A stretch of DNA of 64,000 nt, taken from Cyanidioschyzon merolae. Taxonomy: Eukaryota. Below the pieces are notes generated by a model. It ran no database searches and had not been told where the DNA came from. It was given only the letters and a program-made list of their open reading frames with translations. Below are positions 33,808-45,046 of this stretch, one piece after another. Made by a program: the position numbers and the translations under genes. The stretch lies in NCBI GenBank assembly GCA_000091205.1, contig AP006493.2; one strand, 5' to 3'. Every line of letters starts with the position of its first letter. Position 1 is the first letter of the stretch.

Positions 33808-34884
33808 ATGACCAGTTCCACTGAAAAGTTACAATCAACAGAGCAACCGGGGCAAGCAAAGCTCCGCGTACAAAAGCGAGAACTGGGTCAGACTGGCTTA
33901 CGAGTTTCTGTTGTAGGCTTCGGAGCATCGCCGCTCGGTGGCGTTTTCCGTGAGGACATCGACGAAACAGACGCCTGCGCTGCCGTGTACCAGGCTCTGC
34001 ACGACTTTGGCATTAACTTTTTCGACACTTCTCCGTACTATGGAAGTACTCGGTCGGAACGTGTCCTCGGAAAAGCGCTCGCACAACTCGGTGAACGAGA
34101 CGACTACGTTCTCGCGACAAAGGTAGGCAGGTACGGCCCGAACAACTTCGACTTTTCCAAGGAACGTGTTCGGCGCAGCGTGGAGGAATCCATGGAACGC
34201 CTTGGTGTTCGGCGCTTGGACCTGGTTCAGTGTCACGATGTAGAGTTCGCACCGTCCAGACGTTTAATCGTGGAGGAAGCGCTCCCGGCCCTGTGCCAGC
34301 TGAAACAAGAGGGGGTTATCGGCGCACTCGGCGTAACGGGTTATCCTTTAGCTATCTATCGCGACATTATCGAGGCCAGTACCGTGGAGCTTGATGTCGT
34401 GCTAAGTTACTGCCATGGATGCCTCTGTGATACGTCGTTACGCGATAGCGGCGTGCTCGCGTACCTCCGAGAGCAGAACATTGGTGTCCTGAATGCATCT
34501 CCGCTTAGTATGGGGTTATTGACGCCGGACGGTCCACCTGCATGGCATCCGGCACCACCTGAACTCAAAGCGTGTTGCCGAACTGCTGCAGCGTGGTTAG
34601 CAAGTCAGCAAGTGAATGCGGGTATATCCACAGACCTGGCAGAGGTTGCGTTGCAGTTCGCGGTCCAGCGATTCGCTCAGGACGACGTGGCGAGCACCCT
34701 CGTGGGCATCGATGGCACGATAACACTGAGGAAGAACATGCAGGCCTTGGCAAAGCCTCTAGACGATATGCTCCTGAAGGGCGTCCAGGAGATCCTCAAA
34801 CCAGTTCGGAACGTTGGGTGGGAGTCTGGACGACCGCGTTCCGAGTGGCTGGAAGCTGCACCAGGGGTCCGAGAGTCTGCCTAG
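33808..34884 (+). CDS. Aldo-keto reductase closely resembling plant L-galactose dehydrogenase
   Basis: LGQTGLRVSVVGFGASPLGGVF, INFFDTSPYYGST, QCHDVEFAPS, VLSYCH, NASPLSMGLLTPDGPPAWHPAPPELKAAC, TLVGI and ILKPVRNVGWESG track the L-GalDH sequence motif by motif as I recall it. First ATG at 33808 (the track start at 33802 is GTG). Confidence 0.7.
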   Translation: MTSSTEKLQSTEQPGQAKLRVQKRELGQTGLRVSVVGFGASPLGGVFREDIDETDACAAVYQALHDFGINFFDTSPYYGSTRSERVLGKALAQLGERDDYVLATKVGRYGPNNFDFSKERVRRSVEESMERLGVRRLDLVQCHDVEFAPSRRLIVEEALPALCQLKQEGVIGALGVTGYPLAIYRDIIEASTVELDVVLSYCHGCLCDTSLRDSGVLAYLREQNIGVLNASPLSMGLLTPDGPPAWHPAPPELKACCRTAAAWLASQQVNAGISTDLAEVALQFAVQRFAQDDVASTLVGIDGTITLRKNMQALAKPLDDMLLKGVQEILKPVRNVGWESGRPRSEWLEAAPGVRESA

Positions 34885-35135
34885 CGAGCTCAAAATCCGA
34901 CTCAATGTTTGATGGTGAGGTCGCGTTACGCAGGCCAAGGAGCTCACATGAGAAGGCTCGCTTCGTTCCCATACGAACATTCAAGGGTCTCGTTCGACGC
35001 GAGCGCTTCCAGCAGGCTCCTGGAACCCAAATGCATGTATAACATGCTCGAATAGAGCGAAGGCAATGCGTTTACGGGATCAGAGGGGGTTCAAAAGCGG
35101 CCTCTAAGGTCGGGCTCGCAGTGCGCGTCAGCACA

Positions 35136-37652
35136 CTAGTATTCGTCCCCATCGCTGGTGAGCGACTGCTCCGTAGAACTTTCATCGCTCCCGTTCATTT
35201 CATACTGGGGAGTGGCGGGCATCATGGCGTTTGCATGGTCATGGATACTCATCGAACTACCTCCGTCCAGAGCGGTTGTTGCTGTTGCTGCAGGGTATGG
35301 CGCTTCGAGTCCACCACTCTGGGCATACGGCATCGTGGACGGGTGCCCCGAAGCCGGTACTCCAGCGCCGTTGTAGAGCGTACGCCCCTCGGTACTACCA
35401 GCGGCGAAATACGGAGAGGACGCTGCACCAAGGTGCTCCACGTCCCGTTGCCGTTGCGCGTTTGCTGCAGCTTTCCGGGCGCGCTCCAGTTCGTGATTCA
35501 ACTTGAGCAGCATTCGGTTGATCGACGCGACGCGTGCACCCGCTGCCGTAGGGCTCATCGTTCGCAGCGGATCCAGGTCTCGACCGACAGGGCGCAAGCA
35601 TTCATTACAGAACGCCTGCAACTCACGCAAAGTCTCATTGCTGGCCTGTTGAATATTCATTTCATACTCGCCGGAGCTCGCGCGCGTCAAGAGACCGGGT
35701 CGAGAACCGAATAGCTCGACAAGACGACGCAGCTGCTGGCCATCGAGGCGTCCTATGTCTTCAGCCAACTGCGCCATTTCCTGTTGAGTGACTGGCACTT
35801 TGGCGAGACTCGCAATAGCATCGCGGCTCGGTAAGCCGCCCGCGGAAACCGGAGGAGATGCGGCGACACCGCGTCCGCTTGTCGACGCCGTTGATAGCAA
35901 CGCTTCGGCTTCGCGTTTCTCTTTCTGCAAGGCGGCCAGTCGCTGCTCGAGCTCTCGAACTCGCTCGAATGGATCCATTCGCTTCCTAGATCGACGCACG
36001 GGCGTGCCTTCATGAGGGCCCCGCTCGTTGGCTCCGCTAACGTAGGATCCATATCCTGGGGCCTCGCCAGTGTACGGTCTTTGGGAAGCATTTCGGCCGG
36101 TCGAACGCCGTCTGCGTTCTGTGTTGCGTGCGAGTGCGCTATCAACTCCTCCTCGTCGCGCCTTTGCCGCATGGCTGCCTTGCCGAAAAGCCGCTGCCAA
36201 GCCGCGCTGTCGTTTCCTGGCTGCAGCTTGTGAGACGGCATGGTGACTCGTACTGTGCGTTGACTGTATTTCTCCGGGCGGTGGCAAAAACTGCATTTTG
36301 CGTTCGAATGCTTCGTTCAGCATTTTGGCGATGTTATAATACTCCGAGTCTGGGGGGTTGTAAGTCATAGCATTCGACCAAACGAGACGGACGTCCCGTC
36401 GAAAAGCCTCCGGATCGGTGCCGTACTCGCCGCTCTCTAACTTTTGGCGAACTGTCCCCAAATCCATGGGCTGCTTAATGATCTCGAAATAGTCCGGGAT
36501 GGCATCCGGATTCCAGAGCTTATCAACTGGAAGCAGAAAAGCACGCGCCTCTTTCATTTTCATAATTTCTTTGAGGACCCGAGCACAGAATCGCATTTGA
36601 GGGAACCGTCGCAAAATCGTCGTACCATCGAGCCGCTCGCCTGGTTGTTGCGAAAACCGCTGACTCGGGGTGCGCAATCGTCCCGATGAGGATATTGTCG
36701 GAGAGCCCAGGGTTCCACCAACGACTCCTTGGCCTCCTGTACTGGGACGCGGCCCCTCTGAGGCAGCATCGGTCGAGTGCACTTGAGAATGCGCACCTTC
36801 ATTCTGCTGAACCGCTGTGTCGAATGAGGACGTTTTGCCTTTCGAGCGGTTGGTATCAGAATCAGTAGGCATGTATACTGCGCCGGCTTGGTGCCGAGCC
36901 AGCACAGCTGCCATAATTTGGCGGCTGTGGATATCGATAATCCGCCGTCGCTCCTCTTGGAGCGCTTCCATACGTTGGAGAAGTTCGTCGTGCAGTTTCG
37001 CTCGTTCTTCCCGGTCAGCCGGGACAAAGTCCGCGGATAGCGTGCTCTGCTCCCCTGCGTCCTTCTTAGAGGTCGACACCGGCTTGTTCGGTAACGACGG
37101 TGCTGCAGCGCGCTTGGGACGGGGGCGCAACGAAATCCCGCTGTGCTCCTCGGGTGTGGAGCCGTCCGGAAGCACGGGCGCCACGCTCGGCGTCCTCGTC
37201 TTTGCCGTCCCGATGTTGGGGTCTGCGGCCTGCAACTGGTTGGTTATGTCGCTCTGGTTGCCGTGGTTTTCCGCTGCGTGGCTTTGGCCAGTGGGCTTGC
37301 CATTCACGTCAGTGCGCTCGCTGCCTTGTACTTGCGCAGGGTCTACCAGGCCCTCTTTCAACTCTTTAGAGACAGCTTCTGTTTCGCTCGCTACCGTTTC
37401 GTGAAGCCCTGGCCTCACCGGTGGATTCAGTGCGTTGGGGACGGAAGCTAGCGCAGAAGATTCCGAAAACGATGATGAGGCGTCCTCCGACTCCGTGGAC
37501 GGGGTGCCTTGCGCGCGCACAGCCTGTGCGGTTTGCGGCGCGGCGTTCTGCTGTTCCCCCAACCCAACCATGCTACTCTTCCCCTGTGCCCCGTCTTCCA
37601 TCCTGCGGGAGAGCAAGCGATCTTGACCGCTCTGCGTCCCAGAACTGCGCAC
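35136..37652 (-). CDS. BET/GTE-like chromatin reader: one bromodomain plus a C-terminal ET domain, long low-complexity flanks
   Basis: Bromodomain LLPVDKLWNPDAIPDYFEIIKQPMDLGTVRQKLESGEYGTDPEAFRRDVRLVWSNAMTYNPPDSEYYNIAKMLNEAFE. ET-like EYEMNIQQASNETLRELQAFCNECL. Confidence 0.75.
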   Translation of the reverse strand: MRSSGTQSGQDRLLSRRMEDGAQGKSSMVGLGEQQNAAPQTAQAVRAQGTPSTESEDASSSFSESSALASVPNALNPPVRPGLHETVASETEAVSKELKEGLVDPAQVQGSERTDVNGKPTGQSHAAENHGNQSDITNQLQAADPNIGTAKTRTPSVAPVLPDGSTPEEHSGISLRPRPKRAAAPSLPNKPVSTSKKDAGEQSTLSADFVPADREERAKLHDELLQRMEALQEERRRIIDIHSRQIMAAVLARHQAGAVYMPTDSDTNRSKGKTSSFDTAVQQNEGAHSQVHSTDAASEGPRPSTGGQGVVGGTLGSPTISSSGRLRTPSQRFSQQPGERLDGTTILRRFPQMRFCARVLKEIMKMKEARAFLLPVDKLWNPDAIPDYFEIIKQPMDLGTVRQKLESGEYGTDPEAFRRDVRLVWSNAMTYNPPDSEYYNIAKMLNEAFERKMQFLPPPGEIQSTHSTSHHAVSQAAARKRQRGLAAAFRQGSHAAKARRGGVDSALARNTERRRRSTGRNASQRPYTGEAPGYGSYVSGANERGPHEGTPVRRSRKRMDPFERVRELEQRLAALQKEKREAEALLSTASTSGRGVAASPPVSAGGLPSRDAIASLAKVPVTQQEMAQLAEDIGRLDGQQLRRLVELFGSRPGLLTRASSGEYEMNIQQASNETLRELQAFCNECLRPVGRDLDPLRTMSPTAAGARVASINRMLLKLNHELERARKAAANAQRQRDVEHLGAASSPYFAAGSTEGRTLYNGAGVPASGHPSTMPYAQSGGLEAPYPAATATTALDGGSSMSIHDHANAMMPATPQYEMNGSDESSTEQSLTSDGDEY

Positions 37653-37952
37653 CGCAGTCCGCTACAAAGCGAAAGTTACTGTAAGCGTTAAAGATGCACA
37701 AGCACGGACGCCGCTGAGGGCATGTGCGCGAACCCTGTCTGCTTTATACATAAAATTCAAGGATCAATGCTTGGACTCGGCGCGCGATCCTGCGATCACC
37801 CGGCGATGAGGGCGGGAAGCACACTATTTGTGACAAGATAGAACACATATGTATATACCAACCCTGTGGAGAGTCTCCGCAAAGCATTCAGGTACGGCCA
37901 CGCTCCCCCAGCGACAGCTAAAGTATATGCTTGTTGCACGTATATACCGTTG

Positions 37953-38395
37953 TGTAGAATCTTGGAGCACCATGACCGACTGCTTATCGCATAAGAAACC
38001 CTTTCCGGAGTAGGTGCGCGACGCTCGAGCTGTTCTAGATTGCTGAACCGTTCTTTACTAGTGTCCTGCTTGAGGCGCGAAGCCTGTGGCGGCTCTGCTC
38101 TAGCAACTCATGTGAATCGCATGTCTGGATCATTTCAGCGCAATGCCTATACTGAGTGCTATGCAATGCGCTCGATTTTCCTCGTCTTGTTGATCGGTTG
38201 AAATTGTGCCTGGTTGCTGGGCACTCTCCGAGGTCTCACAGAGTGCATACATCTTGAGGTTCTACCAGTCTTTATCGTCCATGAGATTTCGTATTTACTC
38301 CACCGCGTGACGCAAGCACCTTGCACGATCTCCACCAAGTATCGTCGTGAGGTAGCTTGAATGTCTCATACTTGCTCTCAGAGACTAGCCGTAGC
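37953..38395 (-). repeat. Right arm of the ~445-bp inverted repeat pair (partner of 29037-29478)
   Basis: Reverse-complement identity with the left arm; see that feature. Confidence 0.85.
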
Positions 38396-40411
38396 TCACA
38401 GTGACGGTCGCGCACGACACAAGTGCCTGCGGTATTATAATGGGCCCTATTCGGACATATAGGGACAACGTTCTATTGACGCTTGAGAGGGGTGGAGCGT
38501 TCGGATTCGGGCTGCGCTTTTGCTTGTCTCTGGCATGTATACTTTAGGAACACATAGAAGCGCAAGACGCAAGGCAGACAGGGAGACATTCACTGTGTTT
38601 CGGGCATGCGATGGATACGTTGTCCGTCGGCTCGTGTCCGAGAGCAACTCGATATGTCTGGATGATATAAAGCGAGTCTCGCTCTCATTTGCGGATATCG
38701 TCCGAACTCGTTACCAAATCAATCTCTTCCGCCGACACCTCGTTATTTGTCCCGATCGACAGCCCATGAATGCCTTCCATCCGTCCCAAATTTTCTGCGC
38801 CCGTCCGGATAGGCCACAACGGATGCAACGCCCATAGAATGCGCTCGACGTTGACCCACACATGGTTGAGGTTTCTGAGGTTCATCTGATAGCTTCTGTC
38901 ACCTGTGCAATAGATTTTTGGGGTCGCAAATGTGGTACGGCGACCTGCCGAGGTATGTTGGGAATCTTGCAGGTAACACGCTGGCCCTATAATCAGACGG
39001 CCTCGCGTCTGCTATCCCGCGCATCAGTTGTGTTGTTGTACTAGGCTTGGATCCAAAAATCTCTGAGGAATATGCTCAGCCGGCTGCCCTGCATCTGGTA
39101 CCCGTGTGAACACTTGCTTACGAGATTTTCCAAGACGAGAAGAGCTAGGGGAGCCTTCCTGGCATCATGTGGTTTACGATCCCCAACGACGTCCTGCGTT
39201 TTGCTCTTTGAAACATTCACCCCGTTGACCTGTTTCATTAATGAAGGTCTTCACTGCGGTTCAGACCGATCTTTCCGCTCCGTGTGTCTTCGCTCCCTGT
39301 TCTTCCTAGTTCGCTTTTCGGGGGAATTTTTCTCTTCTTCGACCGATGGTTTCCGTTTCTTCTCCTTTAGCTCGCGGGGTGGCATGAGTGGGTTCGCTTA
39401 ACACCATACCCATTTTGTTTCCCCGACGGATTCATACGCATTGCGTGGAAAGCACAACGGAAGCTCACATTGTCTGTATACGTACACATCAACTATTCGT
39501 TGCGTCCCCTTTGATTATCTTCTCTGTCGCGAGCACGCTCCGGCACCGGGACGCGCTTTTCCGCTCTCTCCCGCACATGCGCAGAGCATCAGCAGAGTAG
39601 TTCAGGGTTGTCGACGACAGAGTACGATTTCCGGAACACCAGTGTCACGCATGTGAACAACTCGTCTAATGATACTTGAGCGAAAATATCGAGATTCACA
39701 GTGCTGAGGACGCCTTCGACGAGGCTGAACTAGGGAGAACAGACCGGCAAGAAGAACAGCTTTCCGCCAGTCTCATCTGCGTCATACTCGACCATTTTCT
39801 ACACAAAAAAGTCAGTGCCGGCTACAATCAGGACTCAAACGTATGGGAAGGGGCTGCCACGAAGTGCTTCCAGGTAGGCTGAGGTGTCAAGCGATCCTAT
39901 TCGTCCAGCACTTCGTGGGCGAGCACACGATCGCATCACAGCTCTGACTCGTGTCGTTGTCCTTCTCGATAGTCTCTTCTTCACCAACAGCGGGTTGTCT
40001 CTCTACGAATACGCATATGCGTCTCTGCCGTGTTTCCCAAACCAAGTTGCACGGGAGCACAACGTCCCTGCTTGGGCTTTCTGTAACAGCTACGCTACAA
40101 GAATCAATTCGGTGGCACTGCATCCCAGGCTTCAACCCGAAATCTTCAAAGAATTGAAGAGTCTTCTACCTGCGACCATGTGTTTCCAGATAATCCTACA
40201 GTTTTCGTTTCCACCTTCGCTGGCACCAGAGCCCGAGTTCTCCGCATGGCACCCACTGAAGACCCTATGAGCATCGAAACCGTTCTTCGCTTGAGAGTGA
40301 GCGCGCGCGAGTACGCCATACAGCGTCCACAGTCTCGTACTGTCTTTTGCAACTGGCTTCCGCTGCGACCTCTGTTGGCTAGGAACGAGCGTCACGAGTT
40401 TTATGTACTGA

Positions 40412-43400
40412 ATGCCCAATGAAACTCCGTTGAGTATCGTGCAGACTCTCTTCCTAGAACGTTTTCGATGTGTGGTCGAAGGCATCAAGCAGCTCTATGA
40501 TGTACGTGGAGGACGTCAAGCAGCGAGCGCTTCGGCCTCCAACGAAAGCAGCGACGGTACGCCACCAGGCTGCTACGGTTGGTTGCTGTGGTTGTCCGGT
40601 ACAGGTATTCCTAAAGTCTTGCCGGCACTGAAGTGGCACGTGGGGCTTCGCCAGTTTGCTATGCAGACTCTCTGCGACGACCACTTGATGCCTTTGGTGC
40701 TCTCCCTCGAGGCAACACAGCCACGAGACTGCGGTTGTCCTACGCACCCCGATGCGAGCAGCGCAATGGATTGCTGCTCCTGCTGCTATTGCTGGATAGG
40801 TGCTGTGGTTAGCATTCTGGACTGCTTTGCAACTGGTCAGGTGGCGCTCTCAGTGCGCCCTGAAAAGAATGAGAAACGTCGCTCGCCGGATATCCGGGGC
40901 CCTCTCATGTGCCCGCATCGAGAGCCTTCAACGCCATGGCCGCTCTCAGAATGCGCGGCCTCGTATGCAACATTCTGGCAGAGCATGATACGACATGTGG
41001 AACGAGCCCTGGTTCAAGTTGAAAGCGTCACTGACAAGGCAACGCTCGCAGGCGAGGAGCACGAGGCTCTCCCCCAGCGTCTGTTTCACCAGACCCAGGA
41101 TGATTCCGTGACGCTGTATGCGTCCCATGGAACAGCTCCCGTGGGTCGTTCCAAAAGAATGAAGTACGCTGGGGCGTCTCATGAAGATGAGGCGGCAGGC
41201 GATCAGACCATTGCACCGGATTCTTCAGATCTCGCAGTGACGGGACGGACATTCACCACGTCCGGACATGATCAACTCGCATGCTCGATTCAGGAGACAA
41301 CCTATCTTGACTGCCTTCCAGACACTGCTCGTCGCCGCACTAGCCCTGGGACGCATCACCGCGATGCGCTCCAACCTGAGCCCGATCAGCAGCGCCACAA
41401 TATATATCTAACCTGGGAGCCTATCTCTCACGAATACGTGGCCGATGATAGACCAGCAGTGCACTCTGGCGGGTCAGTGAGCGAGCCCAGCTGCCCTCGA
41501 GCTGAGCGCTCATGGCTCTCTGGGCGTGCGACTGGAACGGGAACATGTTCCGCGGATGCTTGGTCAGCCATCAGCGCTGCGTCGAGTCCAGGGCGAGCGT
41601 CCAGTACGACTCGAGAAAGGTTGCACCCGATCATTGGGGCACTCATCTGGCGCCTTGTTACGAGTACAGCGACGCCGATGAAGAGCAACAAGTTCCCGGC
41701 AAGGCGTGAGAATGTTGCTCCAGCATTTAGGGCTTCTCGATTCGGTGCAGAGCAGCATCGTGCATGTAGCGCGCGCTCATCTCATAATCGATCCGCAAAA
41801 AGCATTCACGAGGGCGTCTCTTCTCTGCAGGCGATAACGGATCCATCCAAACGACTGGGAAGCGATCCGCTCAAAAGTCGCTCGAGGAAAACAGCACAGT
41901 CGCTGGATCCGACGCTGGTTTCGGATCCATCGATTCAGCAAATGTCGACGCAGAAACTGAGCATCGTTTCCGTAGAGCGATCTATGTATGCGCGTGTTGC
42001 GGCATTGGTTGCGCTTTTAGAGTGTCTGCAGGATAGGGATCACGTGTTGGTCTCAGGTGCAATGCATCCCAAAGTATACCCGCTCATCAACAGCTTCCTG
42101 TGCGAACTCGTAACAAGCTGGGAACGTTCGGGTAACCGGGTGGGATTGACGGCGCTCGTGCCGTACCAGGCAGCGCTGCAACAGAAACCAAGCTGCGATC
42201 CGGCTGGTCCGTTTTCCAGAAAGCTGTTTTTGTCCATTATCGCTGCAATCTTGCGGGGCACTGTACAAGATCTGCGGCAAACCGTACATCAGTTCCTGGA
42301 TTCTTCTGGTGATACGCAAGCCCTCCGTCTGGAACGGGGTAAGCAAGTCATCCAGGATGTCCGATTTCTGCAACAGTCTCTGGAGCATATTCGCTGCAGA
42401 ATGGTTGACCTGGAAGCGACTCCAAAGGCACCAAACGAGACGCTTATGGAACCGCGCTTGTCAGAGAGCACGCCGACTATCGCATCGCTTCTGGAGGCCG
42501 ACATCCACTGCTTGATGACGCTCTGGGAGCAACTTGAGACGCGTCACCAGCAAGTGCTTTGTGCTGACAGCCACTCAGCTCTGGATATCGGTACACGCCT
42601 GACCTCGTTCGGGGAAACAGGTACTCGCAACCAGCACAGTCGTAGCCATGAGGACGATGGCGACTGTGTGGGCATCAGCATCAGCAGCAGCAGCAGCGGT
42701 GAACGTCGGATAGGCTGCGCTCCTTGCGGGAAGCCGGCGCGCTCGCTTCCCGGATCTGTTGCTCAACGTGTCGCCCAGTTGCTGTTTGAGGTTGCACAAC
42801 GTCGGGGCCTAGATGCCTCCATGACGGCGCTGCATCGGTTTGCCTCCAGATCAGGGGCGCCTTGGCTGGAAACGCTCGAGGTTTTACTCCGGGGACCGCA
42901 ACGCATTGCATCAAGCCCAGAGTCATGGACATTGTGGTATAAGATGTGCTTCGAGCTGCCACGCGTCTTCAATTCTGTCGAGCGACTTGCTGGCAAATTG
43001 CTCTTGGACAAGTTCCTCAAGCGTTGCTCAGCTGAACTTGTGATCGACGAGCAGCAGGAGCCGGCTCTCGTGTTGAATTCACTGCGGAGGTATCTCGAGG
43101 CTTTTCGTCGAGCGGAATCGAGCTCATCGGTATCTGGGCAGCGAGACCTGCCCAGTCAAATGGACGGTATGTTGCCGGATCTCGAGCGCTTAACAGCGGT
43201 CGTAGTGCGCGGAAGCTTCGCTGCGGCGCAAGGATGCGCGAGCAAACCACCGGAGATGACTTGGTCCGTGGCAGAGACGCTCTTTGTGAATGTGCTCACG
43301 CCGACGCTGCAGCCTCTACCATGCTGGACCCCGCTAGAGCCCGTGGCAGGCTCAGCGGTGCTGTCCTCGACGCAGCAAACCTCTTGCGAGGCATTTCAGC

Positions 43401-45046
43401 TCTGGTTGACAGCGCTTGAGGAACTGGCACCGTGGATGCCGCTGTATGTTCTCGCCCGGCGGTTTCAGGACGTGTTTCGACAGCGACTTTCGACCGTCAT
43501 GGAGATGCAGTGTGCCATAAGCGTCGCCAAGCGACTCGTTGACTCGCTGCTTGCCATACTGCAGGCGCTGGACCGAGGCCTCGCCGCAGCCCAGTCCTTG
43601 AAAGAGCAACCGGAACAGCAGCAGCACCAGCGACAAGTAGGTTATGCGATGGAGCCTCAGGCTTTATCGCTTTTCCGCGGCACGCTCTTGAATATGCTGC
43701 TCTGCGGATGTGTGCCCATTCCGAGCAAGGATACTCCTGACACTCCAGTTGATTCATATGCACCGCATCGACACGCTTCAGCTGAGCAGCGCAGCGCTCG
43801 TTGCCAAAGCCTGCGTAGTGCCCTCCTCGTTCTGGTGGATGGCTTGCAACCGCTGGAGAGCGCTGGACCCCCGATATTCTTTGGCAGCCACTTTGCTGCC
43901 ACGAACAGACCGCAGTATGCTGCCTTGGGATCGGACGCAGCCGGCCCAGTACCGGACCTGAGCCCTGCCCTGTACCTCGATACGCGTCTTGTTCGGCAGC
44001 GCCTCCTGTGGGTCTATATGCGGGCGCTCTGCATCTGGCCTCGAACAGCATCGAATGAAACGCTGCGGAGCCGCTTGCTCGACACACTTTCCCGTCTCTT
44101 CGCCGAAGCTGGGACCGGTTTGCAGCTTGAACCGACTGCTGTGAACGGGCTGTCGTCATCCCGCGGTTCCATTGTGAACAGTGCGTTGCAGAGTCTGCTG
44201 GAAATTGAGCAGCGACTTGAGCGTCATGCACTGGGATCGGTTGCCGCGGACCCCTGCGCGCTATCCAGGGCCTGTGACGCTGCCTACGTCCTTTGGCTCG
44301 TAGACGAGCGGGAACATGCACCACAGGACGAAGCGGTGCAACGGAGCAACTTGCGAAAGCGTCTCTGGCGCTGGGAGCTGAACGCTTGGCATTGCGAACA
44401 GCGAGCCGCTACAGCGCTGAATGATCTAAGAGACCTCGAGTCGTTGCATTTGTTTTCCCAGTACCTGCGGTGTCTGGTGAGTGGGGATCACCAACGAATA
44501 TCCCTGATCGAGTACCTGGATGGCACTCTTGGTGAGCAGCTACGCGAAGCCCTGGACGAACCAAATACACAGGCGCTACTCCCGATTATATTACCAGCGA
44601 GTCTGGTACCGGATTTTTGCGCTTGTATGTCGCAGGATGCTCATCGTCGAGCGCTGTTGATGCTCTTTTGGCAGCACCTCTACACGGCAACTGTTGCTGG
44701 TGGTGCCTCTATCCACCTGGAGGGGCTTCCTAATCCCGCGTACTGTGAACACGTTCTCCTTACCTACGGGATGATATTGGAGACAATTGAGCCTCAGTCT
44801 GGGCTGTCCTGGCCCGAACATAACGGCTCTCTAGAACTGGCGCTTGGCCAGTGGGTAGCAGACGGCCTACCATCAGGTGTGACCACGAACGCACTCGTGG
44901 CGATACTTTCCGAAGAGCTGCAGCGACTCGTGCGCAGGATTCATCAGCGCTTGGCTCATGGTGACCAGACGCCTTTGGTAGCATCCGCTTGTGCTCGAGA
45001 CACCGTCCATCCGCAGGGACAAGAGCACCAGTCGGGTGGTTCATAA
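40412..45046 (+). CDS. Large hypothetical protein (1544 aa), no family recognised
   Basis: Uninterrupted 4.6-kb frame in GC-rich DNA. Cys cluster CCSCCYCWIG. In-frame (CAG)n at 42668-42690 encoding poly-Ser. Confidence 0.5.
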   Translation: MPNETPLSIVQTLFLERFRCVVEGIKQLYDVRGGRQAASASASNESSDGTPPGCYGWLLWLSGTGIPKVLPALKWHVGLRQFAMQTLCDDHLMPLVLSLEATQPRDCGCPTHPDASSAMDCCSCCYCWIGAVVSILDCFATGQVALSVRPEKNEKRRSPDIRGPLMCPHREPSTPWPLSECAASYATFWQSMIRHVERALVQVESVTDKATLAGEEHEALPQRLFHQTQDDSVTLYASHGTAPVGRSKRMKYAGASHEDEAAGDQTIAPDSSDLAVTGRTFTTSGHDQLACSIQETTYLDCLPDTARRRTSPGTHHRDALQPEPDQQRHNIYLTWEPISHEYVADDRPAVHSGGSVSEPSCPRAERSWLSGRATGTGTCSADAWSAISAASSPGRASSTTRERLHPIIGALIWRLVTSTATPMKSNKFPARRENVAPAFRASRFGAEQHRACSARSSHNRSAKSIHEGVSSLQAITDPSKRLGSDPLKSRSRKTAQSLDPTLVSDPSIQQMSTQKLSIVSVERSMYARVAALVALLECLQDRDHVLVSGAMHPKVYPLINSFLCELVTSWERSGNRVGLTALVPYQAALQQKPSCDPAGPFSRKLFLSIIAAILRGTVQDLRQTVHQFLDSSGDTQALRLERGKQVIQDVRFLQQSLEHIRCRMVDLEATPKAPNETLMEPRLSESTPTIASLLEADIHCLMTLWEQLETRHQQVLCADSHSALDIGTRLTSFGETGTRNQHSRSHEDDGDCVGISISSSSSGERRIGCAPCGKPARSLPGSVAQRVAQLLFEVAQRRGLDASMTALHRFASRSGAPWLETLEVLLRGPQRIASSPESWTLWYKMCFELPRVFNSVERLAGKLLLDKFLKRCSAELVIDEQQEPALVLNSLRRYLEAFRRAESSSSVSGQRDLPSQMDGMLPDLERLTAVVVRGSFAAAQGCASKPPEMTWSVAETLFVNVLTPTLQPLPCWTPLEPVAGSAVLSSTQQTSCEAFQLWLTALEELAPWMPLYVLARRFQDVFRQRLSTVMEMQCAISVAKRLVDSLLAILQALDRGLAAAQSLKEQPEQQQHQRQVGYAMEPQALSLFRGTLLNMLLCGCVPIPSKDTPDTPVDSYAPHRHASAEQRSARCQSLRSALLVLVDGLQPLESAGPPIFFGSHFAATNRPQYAALGSDAAGPVPDLSPALYLDTRLVRQRLLWVYMRALCIWPRTASNETLRSRLLDTLSRLFAEAGTGLQLEPTAVNGLSSSRGSIVNSALQSLLEIEQRLERHALGSVAADPCALSRACDAAYVLWLVDEREHAPQDEAVQRSNLRKRLWRWELNAWHCEQRAATALNDLRDLESLHLFSQYLRCLVSGDHQRISLIEYLDGTLGEQLREALDEPNTQALLPIILPASLVPDFCACMSQDAHRRALLMLFWQHLYTATVAGGASIHLEGLPNPAYCEHVLLTYGMILETIEPQSGLSWPEHNGSLELALGQWVADGLPSGVTTNALVAILSEELQRLVRRIHQRLAHGDQTPLVASACARDTVHPQGQEHQSGGS

